From contig OZ025782.1 of the NCBI GenBank assembly GCA_964019425.1, positions 124,001-188,000 of the forward strand: a DNA stretch of 64,000 nucleotides. Direction: 5' to 3'. The notes below the pieces were generated by a model. The model did not search any database and was not told the DNA's origin. It saw only the letters and a program-made list of their open reading frames with translations. Source of the DNA: Flectonema sp. DT1601 (lineage: Eukaryota). The first letter of the stretch is position 1; the number at the start of each line of letters is the position of its first letter. Of the stretch, positions 20,478-35,846 are shown in pieces. Position numbers and translations under genes: made by a program.

Positions 20478-22127
20478 CTACAAAGACTTGGCGTTCTGAC
20501 GGATGTACTCCTCCATCTCCTTGGTGTTACGTCCACCCTCGAACTTCAGGATCTGTTTATTTATTTATTTCATTGTATCTACAAAACTATATTGTTCAGT
20601 AGTTGCGTCAGTGTGACTAACCCATTTCAGGATTTATTTCGTACCCGCTGAGCACAAGTAAAATATTGTCCTCATCCTCACTCACTCACTCGCTCAGCAA
20701 ATGAAAAAGAAACTCAATAACAACAATCAGGTGATTAACATACCTCGTTGCTTCCAGAAGGAACGAACATGAGGGTAGGGAATCCCTGAACATCGAATCC
20801 CTTTGGTGCGTCGTTGGTGGTGGCGTCGAACTTGGCGATCACGACGTTCTCGTCGTTCTCGAAGTTCTTGGCAAGTGCCTCGTAGTCAGGGATCATCGAC
20901 TTGCAGTGTCCACACCATGGAGCGTAGAACTTGATGAAGACGTCCTTCTTCTCATCGAACACGATGTCCTTGAAGGTGCTTCCGACCAAAACGGTAAGTC
21001 CGTCAGTGGTTGGGTTCTCTGGGGCTTCGTCAGACTTGACAGTTGGCACCAACTTGCCGGCAGCCCAGTCGGCAACCCAGTTGGCGAAGTCCTCAGAGGC
21101 GAGGGACTTGGATTCATCGAATCCGAAGTGCGCACCGTTGTCGTCAATTCCGAATGCTGGCCAAACCTTTCCGGAAAGTCCAACTCTGCTGGCCATCTGT
21201 CCGTACTGGACTCCGCTCAACCAAACCATGCTCATCTTTCCCTTTACGCTCTCAGCAAGCTTCTCAACGGCGTCCTTGGCTTCTGGAGTCATGTCAACAT
21301 CTTGTGGGTCAACAAACAACCATCCGAGTGGAAGACCACGGTCAACGTACGACTTGTAGTTGTCAGGTCCGATCTCAGCGAACAATCTGAAGCTTGAGGC
21401 CTTGATGAACTCGACGGCGGTGGCAGCGTCGAACTTCTCGGCAACGTCCTTCTTGCTGTCGAAGGACTTGTACACAATAAGTCCTGGGGCGGCAACTCCC
21501 TCAGCCTTGGCAACGTCAGCGCTGTACACGGCTCCGAAGACGTGGTCAGAGCGCTTCTGCTTTGCGAGCTTTGAGAACGCCTTGGCGTCGTCACTCTCAG
21601 CAGACTCGAAGAAACCAACAACGACAACTTCGTGAGCCGCCTGGAAGGCAGTGAGTTCCTCGGCGTTGGCGACTTCCTTCACGGCTGGTCCAGACATCTT
21701 CTTCACCCATGATACGATGTCAGCTGAGGTTCTTCCTCCCTCGTAGTCACTCACCTCTCCGTCAATGAAGGCCTTGATGGTTGGGTATCCCTGGACTGCG
21801 TACTGCTGACCAAGGTCCGACTCGATGGTGGCATCAACCTGTCGGGGATTGTTATGTTAACGTTAAGTACTACCCCTTGACCCAAAGACAGCATTCTATT
21901 TAAATAACACATACCTTGACAAGAGTCGCGGTTCCCTTCAACTCGGTGGCGGCGGCCTCCCACTCAGGAGTGAGCTTCTTGCAGTGACCACACCATGGAG
22001 CGTAGAACTCAGCGAGCATGATTCCCTCAGCAGTTGAGAGTTCCTTCCAGTTGGATGCCTCTCCGACGACAACGTCGGAGGCGGCGGCGACGCCGAGCAT
22101 CGCGAGAGCTGCGAAAATGGTACGCAT
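20478..22127 (-). CDS. PDI: Protein disulfide isomerase A3, 460 aa, 3 exons
   Basis: Exons 22127-21915, 21838-20744, 20552-20478; carries the PQDVDMTPE variant (+1 codon). Confidence 0.95.
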
Positions 22128-22631
22128 TTTGTTAATAGCTGTTGGGAAAAAGTAGTCGGTCTTCATCAAAAAACTCTGCGGCTCGAATATACCCCTCAGC
22201 ATATCTATCTTGTGGATTACAAGTAAACCATTTCATATTTGCTCTAATACCAGTTTCAGATGGCCAATTGCAATGCGGTGCAGCTGGAGGTGGTGTTGGT
22301 CTTGTTGTCCTGTCAAGCCATCGCAATCTCAGATGCAGGACATTATTGATAGCTGGGGAATGAAAAAGTATTTAGTTCACAAATGTCAAATTGCTTCACC
22401 GCCATAATTTCCACGTCAAAAACCCACCCGTACTCAACACAATAATTATGCTAAAGTGGTCACACTTGCCTAAGACGGCTAGCGCATCGTACGGCAAAAG
22501 AGAAAACAAAAAGTAAACCAATGGGGAAACTGAAATTATGCGGGTAACGTTCGTATGCGAAAACACATTTCAGCAGGGGATAAGATAAGCTACTTCCAGC
22601 TTATGGCGTTTGGGGAGGTGATTAAGTCAAT

Positions 22632-24281
22632 CTACAAAGACTTGGCGTTCTGACGGATGTACTCCTCCATCTCCTTGGTGTTACGTCCACCCTCGAACTT
22701 CAGGATCTGTTTATTTATTTATTTCATTGTATCTACAAAACTATATTGTTCAGTAGTTGCGTCAGTGTGACTAACCCATTTCAGGATTTATTTCGTACCC
22801 GCTGAGCACAAGTAAAATATTGTCCTCATCCTCACTCACTCACTCGCTCAGCAAATGAAAAAGAAACTCAATAACAACAATCAAGTGATTAACATACCTC
22901 GTTGCTTCCAGAAGGAACGAACATGAGGGTAGGGAATCCCTGAACATCGAATCCCTTTGGTGCGTCGTTGGTGGTGGCGTCGAACTTGGCGATCACGACG
23001 TTCTCGTCGTTCTCGAAGTTCTTGGCAAGTGCCTCGTAGTCAGGGATCATCGACTTGCAGTGTCCACACCATGGAGCGTAGAACTTGATGAAGACGTCCT
23101 TCTTCTCATCGAACACGATGTCCTTGAAGGTGCTTCCGACCAAAACGGTAAGTCCGTCAGTGGTTGGGTTCTCTGGGGCTTCGTCAGACTTGACAGTTGG
23201 CACCAACTTGCCGGCAGCCCAGTCTCCAACCCAGCTGGCGAAGTCCTCAGAGGCGAGGGACTTGGTCTCATCGAATCCGAAGTGCTCACCGTTGTCGTCA
23301 ATTCCGAATGCTGGCCAAACCTTTCCGGAAAGTCCAACTCTGCTGGCCATCTGTCCGTACTGGACTCCGCTCAACCAAACCATGCTCATCTTTCCCTTTA
23401 CGCTCTCAGCAAGCTTCTCAACGGCGTCCTTGGCTTCTGGAGTCATGTCAACATCTTGTGGGTCAACAAACAACCATCCGAGTGGAAGACCACGGTCAAC
23501 GTACGACTTGTAGTTGTCAGGTCCGATCTCAGCGAACAATCTGAAGCTTGAGGCCTTGATGAACTCGACGGCGGTGGCAGCGTCGAACTTCTCGGCAACG
23601 TCCTTCTTGCTGTCGAAGGACTTGTACACAACAAGTCCTGGGGCGGCAACTCCTTCAGCCTTGGCAACGTCAGCGCTGTACACGGCTCCGAAGACGTGGT
23701 CAGAGCGCTTCTGCTTTGCGAGCTTTGAGAACGCCTTGGCGTCGTCACTCTCAGCAGACTCGAAGAAACCAACAACGACAACTTCGTGAGCCGCCTGGAA
23801 GGCAGTGAGTTCCTCGGCGTTGGCGACTTCCTTCACAGCTGGTCCAGACATCTTCTTCACCCATGATACGATGTCAGCTGAGGTTCTTCCTCCCTCGTAG
23901 TCACTCACCTCTCCGTCAATGAAGGCCTTGATGGTTGGGTATCCCTGGACTGCGTACTGCTGACCAAGGTCCGACTCGATGGTGGCATCAACCTGTCGGG
24001 GATTGTTATGTTAACGTTAAGTACTACCCCTTGACCCAAAGACAGCATTCTATTTAAATAACACATACCTTGACAAGAGTCGCGGTTCCCTTCAACTCGG
24101 TGGCGGCGGCCTCCCACTCAGGAGTGAGCTTCTTGCAGTGACCACACCATGGAGCGTAGAACTCAGCGAGCATGATTCCCTCAGCAGTTGAGAGTTCCTT
24201 CCAGTTGGATGCCTCTCCGACGACAACGTCGGAGGCGGCGGCGACGCCGAGCATCGCGAGAGCTGCGAAAATAGTGCGCAT
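22632..24281 (-). CDS. PDI: Protein disulfide isomerase A4, 460 aa, 3 exons
   Basis: Exons 24281-24069, 23992-22898, 22706-22632; near-identical to A1-A3. Confidence 0.95.
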
Positions 24282-25765
24282 TTTTGTTGATAGCTGTGTG
24301 AATAGTATTATATTACAGGCCAACCAACCCTGACAGAAGTAACTAAAGTATCAGCGGGATCATTGCCTGTTGGCCACGCGATACTTTATGAAGTATTTTA
24401 GAATGCTTAGAGAGCATAGGATAGAACGAGTTATTCTAACCCAAGAAGAGTTATTGGGATCGTACACCTGGTCCAATGTGACTGAACCAATACGAGTTAG
24501 AAAGGTCATTGTAACCTTTCTTGTGAATAGTAAGAAAAAGAAAAAGCTGATGCAAAAAACAAAAAATAATGGGTAGGGGAAAAGAAAAAAAGGGAGTCCT
24601 CTGCGATTGACACACTCACTACATATGAATAATTGTTAGCAAAAATCATCATCAGAATTGATGGCTAAATGCTTATAATCAAAATCAACAGTCACGCAGC
24701 AATAATGGACGTAAAAAAAAAGGAGACGAATACTTGAGGACTCATCCAGTCTTGTTGTTGTCACTTCTTTCTTGTGATTGAAAGAAAAATAGTACAAAGT
24801 ATGAAGCAAACTGTGCTATGTCAAGATACTAATAATAATTATTGGAAATCTACATTAACATAAGAAAACACATCATGACTATTTTTTTTTCTTCCTTTTT
24901 TTTTTTAAAATTCTTTCTTTTTTTTTCTGCTGTGTTTTGTTCCCGACCGTGTTAAGAGGACGTTGTGATGTTTTCACAACAGTTACAAAACTAAACCTCA
25001 TTTTAGTATACTACAAAATATTGTAAGTTCATCCCGACGGGGGAAACTGCTGTCAAAAAAAAATACTGCGGGGGAAGGGAATTGCAGAACAAAAAGATAA
25101 AATCGTTTGACGCTGCTGAAGGGAGACAATTCAAGGGGAAAACAAGGCAACCAGAAGCTAAGCTGTCGTCTCTTTTGTTTATAATTACAAACGAAAGAAG
25201 AGAAGACAAACCAGTTTTATGCAACAACTTCCAATGAAGGTACACAATTAAGGTGTTCCTTTTGCCTATAGGGATGATTCCAGCATATGTTTTTTTTATT
25301 TTTATTTTTTTGCATCGACGAAGTCGGAGAGAAAGAAAAAAACTATTTCAGATTAATAAGAGCCGTTTTTATTTATTATTTATCAAATGTTATCTATTTT
25401 TCCTGCGAGACCAGTAATACTGTCTGCGATCAACAAAATATATAAGGCTTTTATCTGAATGGTTTTTTTTTTTTTTTTTTTTGTTTAAACACCACCAAGA
25501 CGTGCGTTGCTGAAATTCTTTTCAGGCCATCGATGGTGTGGTGCATTCTACAATATTTTCTTTTCATAAAAAAGGGTTGAGATGCATTCGTTATGTCCCA
25601 ATAGAATTCTTTGATTTTTGTTTGGTCTCACTGCTGAGCAGAGGGAGTCTACTGAAGGGGATGTCCTAACTAGTGTCAGACCAGGACATTTTTTTGGGAG
25701 AAGGGAGTCATTCCCTTTCTTTGGAATAAAAAAAAAAAAAAAAATTATTTTTTCTGATGTTATTT

Positions 25766-27353
25766 TTACTTCTCCGACGAGATTTCAGCAATCTCACAAT
25801 GTTCTTTAATGAAGGCGTCCATGCTCTCTAAATCCTTGTTTCCGGTGTATTTAATGAGCTGTTTTTTTTTTTTTTTTGGTATTTTATTTTATGATGAGCC
25901 GTCTAAAAAGAAATCAAAAATACAACGTCAAACATACCTCATTGGTTCCTCTTTTTACAAGAACAAGGGTCGGGAAAACGTGCTTCCATTCAAACTTCTT
26001 TGGAGCGTCGTTCTTGGTGCCGTCAATCTCAGCTATGATTATGTTTTCTTGTTTTAGATACTCAGTCGCGAGATCTCTGAAAGAATCTTCCATTTTCCTG
26101 CTGTGGCCATCATGTGGAGAGTGGAATCGAATAAAAACATCATTCGATGTGTTGTAAACAACATCAGAGAATGTTGAACCAACGACTGTTGTCAACCCTC
26201 TAAAAACAGGTATAGACGGTTCTACGTCTGACCTAACGGTGGGTTCTAAGGATTCGTTAGAAAAGTCAGAGAGCCATTTATTAAATTCAGGAGATCCGAT
26301 AATCTTGTCCTCATCAAAATCAAAGTGTTCTCCCTGATCGTCAATTCCAAATGCTGGCCACTTCAATCCAGAAAGACCAAGTTTGTGAGCCATCTTCTCA
26401 TTCTTAACACCATCAACCCAAACCATACTTATCTTACCTTTGTATTGTCCTGCTATGTCTGCAATGGCAGACTTGGCTGCTGCTGATTCTTCTTCGTTTT
26501 CACCATCGACAAATAACCATCCGATAGGAAGCTTTCTTTCAATATACGACTTGTAAATAGATGGTTTGATTTCAGTGAATAATCTAAAGCTGGATGCGGT
26601 AATGAAGTCCAACGCTGTTGTGAGATCGAAAGTGTCGGCGATGTCTTTAAGCTCATCGAATTCCTTGTACACAACCAATCCGGGAATTTTAACTCCTTCC
26701 TTTTTAGCTAACTTCTCATCAGTAACTAATCCAAAAAGGTGATTCATACGGTGGGATGAGCAGAATTGCTCCCACTCAGTTGCTTCCTTGCTTCCTTTCT
26801 GTAAGTAAGCCACCGTCACAACCTCGTGATGGTCAGTAAACTTAGTTAGCTCTGATTCTGTTGCAATCAAGCTCATGGGAGGTACCGAGTGTTTCTTCAC
26901 CCAAGTAACAATCTCATCAGTGTGCCTTCCACCATTGTAATCAGTTTGTTCACCGTGAATAAATGCAAAAATCTTTGGGTAGGAATCGATTTTGTAATCC
27001 TTTTTAAGCTGAGATTCTTGTTCTCCATTCACCTGTTTTGATGTTTATATTTGTCTGAGCTACATACATGAGAATATAATAAAATAATTACATACAACCA
27101 CAAATAGTACATCGTCTTTTAGGATTCTCGCTGCTTCCTCAAACTCTGGGCTGAAACGCTTGCTGTGTCCACACCAAGGAGCGATAAACATAACCAAAAC
27201 AATGCCATCAGAATTTGTTATGTCTTGCCAGTTGGAGGAATCACCTTCGACGACGTAGTTTTCTTCCTCAAGCTCTTCTTCATCTTCTCCCTCTTGAGCG
27301 AAGGTATGCGACACGATTGTCAGCGCTAGCAATAATAACAGAAGGGATCTCAT
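25766..27353 (-). CDS. PDI-like protein C with degenerate active sites (CGHS / DGHS), 481 aa, 3 exons
   Basis: Exons 27353-27096, 27032-25938, 25858-25766; signal peptide and acidic N-terminal stretch; same intron positions as PDI-A; ends ...AEISSEK*. Confidence 0.9.
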
Positions 27354-29060
27354 TTTTTTTTTTTTTTTTTTTCAATTTGATTTACTCCTTTAAAGCAAAA
27401 AAACAGTAAAAAAAAAACCAACAGAAAAATAGCAATTTAAAAAAAAAACAGCTGACAAAAAAAAAACAAACGCTGTGATCATCTTCGTCAATAATTATGT
27501 TGTTATAAATGTGAAGAGTCACAACACTTATTTCACAACTGAAATTGGATTCGATCACTAATTTTCATTTTTGATTTCTTTTTTTTTTTTTTTTTTTTTT
27601 CATGTGAAGAATTGCTTGCTCGGGATCATTTTTTCCTTGAGCTAAATGCACGTATTGCTTGTCCGAAAAGCTTTTAGAGCCAAAAGGTCAAGCTGATGCA
27701 AAAAAAACGCAAAAGATCTTTAAATTATCAGAAATAAATAAAAAAAGCTCACAAAGAAAAGAAGTTTTTCGCTAAGGTAAACTTATTGTAATAAATAACA
27801 ATTTGCTTACCAAGTGATTCTACCGGAGGTTGAATTGAAGGCGACTCACCTTTCGCCCCACGTCCTTTTTTTTTTTTTTTTTTTTTTTCATTATTATTTC
27901 CTCTTTCAAAACTCGTTTTTTTTTCGAAGTTATGTGATTTTTTCGTAGAGAAAAAAAAAAAAAAAGAATATAAAAAAAGACAAGAGCAAGAGACGAAAGA
28001 AAAAAATAATAGAAAAAAAAAAAGAAAATGAACTGTTTCCAAAGAAAATAATGATATTGGAACCAGTAGTGAGTAGTAAGGAGAATCTTATCAAAAAAAA
28101 AACACAACTTTTTTTTTCTAATGTGACGACGGGTAGATTCATCATCGTCAACAAGACAAATCAACACCACGTCCAAGGTAGTGTCACATATTTTTTTTCA
28201 GAATTGTAGCATTTTTTCCCCACAAAACATGTTCCCTGAGAAATATCAATCAGAGAACCGTAGTAATTTCATCTCTTTTCATTAAAAGCAGAAGATTCTC
28301 ACAAAAAAGAAGCCTTCCGCAGTCTACTGTGAGCACGAAGCGTCGTAGTCGATGCTGTAGTGCAATGCAAAAAAAAAAAAAAAAAAAAAAAAAGAAATCG
28401 GGGTTTGGGTGATCGTAGTCTCTGTTGCTATGACATAGCAACAGGGAAAAGAGCATTATTGGAGACTCAGTTCCTCTGGTTGTTTGCTAAGCAGAACAGA
28501 GAAGACTTGTAGGATGAGATTGCTATAAAAAAAAGTAAACAAAATAATTAAATAAAAAACCAAAAAAGAAAAAACAAAAAAAAGGTAATCGGCAGCATGC
28601 GAGTCAACGTTCGGGCGTGCCAAGCAACCAACAAAAAAAAAAAAAAAAAAAAATTAAAATAAAATAAAAAATCTCACGACCGTACTTCCTATTCACTTCC
28701 TCCACTACATTCAACAGCCGTGTGAGAAGTATCCCGTGGATCACATGAAGTATTTTTCTTAATCCGCAATAACGGAAAAACAGGAACACATCGTCAAAAG
28801 AAGACAAAAAAAAAAAGAATTTTCTCTCAGGGGAAGGGGGTTAAGCCTATATTCCCAGACCAAGAGATTAGAGAGAGAGGATGCTTTTTGCAAATGTTGT
28901 GTCTGCAAAAAACAATATTGGGCAACAAAAAAAAAAAGGGAAAAAAAACTAATAATTCGAACTTCAGGTAAGATTATTTGATAATATCAGAGCAGCAGGC
29001 CTACTCCCGATCTCTCTTAACCTTTGTATTGACTAATGAATTAGAAGTGTCTAAGATTCT

Positions 29061-32386
<3,326 letters not shown>

Positions 32387-33143
32387 TTGATTTTGATGTT
32401 TTGTTCTCAAATGCTGATTTTGAGGTGAAAAGTGAACAATTAAATAAATATTAACAAGTACAATAAAAACTGAAACAACCTCAACAACTGAACATATCAA
32501 TTACTTTTGTGTCGTCTGAACGAAGGAAATATTATTACGAAAAAAGTCGTCGCGACTTGGTTGACAAACTGCTACAGACGGATCGGTGTATCAGTGATGA
32601 CTTATCACATAAGAAGTTAAAGATCTGGTCTAGTGCACTACTAAAGGGGAGCGAACTATGATCTCCTTTTTCCTTCTCTTCTGTTTTCAGCTTATCACTA
32701 CTGCATAGTACAACATACTTCGCATCATCACAATCGTGTACACCTCAGTAGTCCATTCATAGACATCGTTAATAAAGACGAAGTAATTGGTTATGGTTAC
32801 CTTGCGGGTCACAGTTGCTACCACACAATCGTATTTCTACGTAGCGTAAAAAAAAAAGGTTTCCCTAATCAGACCAACTAAGGATGTTAAAAATAGTTTT
32901 ATAGTTTTCGTTTTTTTCACAAACACGGTGAAGAAGGCAACACACATCAATTACAACAGACGTGCTTTGGCAGCACCTCTACGTACCACATTGGAGGATA
33001 ATCAACAAATACACACGTTGTTTTTATTATCAAAAAAAATATACCCTTCTTTTTTTACAAGAAGAGAGGTTAACAAGATTCGTTTGAAAGGTATTTTAGA
33101 CAAAATAAATAAATAAAATAAGACAACAGTTGAATTGTTTCAT

Positions 33144-33902
33144 CTAGCGTCTCTTGGATTCTCTTTCACGGTAGATGAATGAAGTGCATCCATGTACAGC
33201 TGACTTTAATAAGGTCAAAGGAACTATTATCCACATGATGTTAATACCGTATGCAAACCAAAAGAATACTATGTGTTCAAATGTAAATTCCAAATTCCAA
33301 TCAGCGTTAACGCACTTAAACCCGTTGAGTATAACAGGAACAGCAAACATAATTGTTCCGACAAAGTGTAGTGTACATGTAATTATTTCCATTGGATACT
33401 TTAAAGGATGATTCCAACAGTAACATAAATAAGTAATAAGGCAGGCTGGTGATTGCATAAAAATTTCTACATAAGCGACCATCACAGCATCAGATTGTTT
33501 GTCAGCATATCTGTTTGTTATATAATACACAGTTATTTCTAAAAAAAATTAAAAAAATAATGAAAAATCATACCTGCTGTCTACTTTCAAGTATTGCGGA
33601 GACAACAACGGAACAGCTTGTAACGCTCCAGCAAACCCATCCATCAGTAACATAATTATAGTTCCATTGAAGAGATACCAACCAGCCTTCACACTTTCAG
33701 TATCAGTCAGCGGAACACGCTTACCACACAAATGAGAAATTAAAAACATCACAACTACTAACAAGACTGGTCCGTAGACATACGGACAAGTGATCATTTC
33801 TAGTCGCTCGGCATTGGTAGTTTTAGGATCGTAGAATAGAGGGACTAGGAGGCAACATCCGCAAAACATTCCCATCGGATCAAAGGTCTTTAGGAGTCCC
33901 AT
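33144..33902 (-). CDS. EBP/EXPERA family membrane protein (sterol isomerase-like), 231 aa, 2 exons
   Basis: Exons 33902-33574 and 33510-33144 with a 63 nt GTATGA..ACAG intron. Motifs WYLFNG.I...MDG, Y..VDSRY, VE and FWF..GIN.MWIIVP; basic C-terminus ESKRR. Confidence 0.8.
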
Positions 33903-34095
33903 TGTTGTTAAAACACTCAAACTGCTAAAACGAGTGATATCAATCTACAGTTTGTTAAGATAGTTTTTACCCTGACAGAAATGACAGTAAATGGATTTAA
34001 CAAATCCCACTCGTGGGTATCACAAACATGTAAATAAAACAACACGAACATAACTACAATATCAGGGGGGTCGTTATCAGAAACAGTCTAAAGTA

Positions 34096-35200
34096 CTACT
34101 TCTCTCCGTCTACTAAATATTGTTCAATAAATTCGACTACACCGTCGAGTGTTCCTCCTTCAGTAGTAAACTGATGATTTGTTTCTGACTTTAAGTTCTC
34201 AATTGCAAAGGAAGGGAATTTTTTACCCTTGAGACCAATTCGTTGAGCCATCTCTGGATAGACAGTTCCGTCCATCCAGACGAGACTCATTTTATTTTTT
34301 GTAATATGAGCATTGAGTGACAGCAATTCCATTGCTGACTTAGTATCAGCGTCTTCAGGACCGTTCGTAAACAACCATCCAACTGGTAGTTTTCTAGCTT
34401 CAAATGATTTGTAGTTTTCTGAAGTCATTTCAGTAAACAATTTGAATGATTCTGTCGCGATGAAATCTCTCACAGCAGAAGACTTAAAGAGTTCATCTCC
34501 TACTTCAAACAGGTTCTTCTTCTCATCGAAAGGTTTGTATAAGACGACTCCAGGACCTGATAATCCTTCTTGTTTAGCTATTTGGATGTCATGGATGATA
34601 TAAAAAGAGTGTTGTTTATCAAATATATGACTAAGATGACCTAATTTCTTTATATTATCATGTCCTTCTGGGAAGAATCCAACGACGGCCATGTCTTTAT
34701 CAGCGTCCTTCTTGACGGCTGTCAACTCGTCTGGTTTCAGAATCGCAATTGCTGGAGCATGCTCAAAGGCGATTAGTTCTTCTGCTGACCTGCCTCCTGA
34801 TTTGATTTGTTTTTTCACTCATTGGAATCCAAGTAGAGATTCAAAAAATTTCTCAAAAAAATAAAAAAGTAATACCTTTGTACATAGAGCTCACCCCATC
34901 ATGGAACACCATTATAGTCGGATATCCTCTAATGCCGTATTCTTCACAGAGTTCTTTATTTTCTTCTGTCGTGCAGTCAACCTTTATCATTTTAGCTGTA
35001 TCCTTTAGAGCAGTAGCGGCTTTTTCCCATGCCGGTTGTAACTTCTGACAATGACCACACCATGGAGCATAAAATTCAACCAGTGAATACCCACTTGAAG
35101 TTTCTGTTGTGAATTCAGATTGACCACTCAGCTCAAGTACATCGTTACTTACAGCTACCGCAATCAGTGATAAGAAGACGGTTGATTTACTACAAGGCAT
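34096..35200 (-). CDS. PDI-family protein E with a single active site (a-b-b'), 341 aa, 2 exons
   Basis: Exons 35200-34876 and 34796-34096 (79 nt intron, junction YKG|GRSAEEL). Signal peptide, WCGHC, b' domain similar to the other paralogs; ends LVDGEK*. Confidence 0.85.
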
Positions 35201-35402
35201 TGTTATAAGAACTGTGTAAGAAATGTATTCGATGCAACAACACAACATTAAGTTTTTTTTAATTTATTCAAGTTGCCCTTATCAAGACAACGAAGGTTAT
35301 CTAAAAAGATTATCTAGGAGGGTCACATTGAGGGGGGTTTGTGATACTTGGAAGGTACTGAAAAGGGGAATTCTTTCTATTTTTTTGATTCGTTCGTTCG
35401 TG

Positions 35403-35433
<31 letters not shown>

Positions 35434-35846
35434 GTTGTAAAAAATTCTGTGACTGCGAAGCCATTTTTAGCAAAGTCCTTTTCTTGCACATCTTAACAAT
35501 AATAACATTGCTAGACTAAAAGAATATATGAAAAAAGAAAAAAAAAGGGACCAGCTGTAGCCTGAAAACAGTTAAAACTGCTGATTAATAAGCCATTCGG
35601 TTGGGAATTCTAATTCTCAAAAAAAAAAAAAAAAGAAACTTAAAAAAATCTATACATGAACTCTTATCGATATGTCGGGTCGGAGAGAACAGTTAAAAAC
35701 CAGCATCTCATTATCAATGGAAATGATTTCACTCCCAAAGAACATAATCTAGTCCCACAGCGGGGGTAGCGGTGGCAGAGTAGCAAAAGCAGCAAAGGCT
35801 GCTGTACGACTGAATAATAAAAAAAAAAAAAAAAAAAAAAAACTAC

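Noticed and set aside
12065..23789. Numerous overlapping antisense and alternative-frame ORFs over the PDI-A exons
   Set aside because: Shadow ORFs caused by GC-rich biased codon usage; they recur only because the gene is duplicated.
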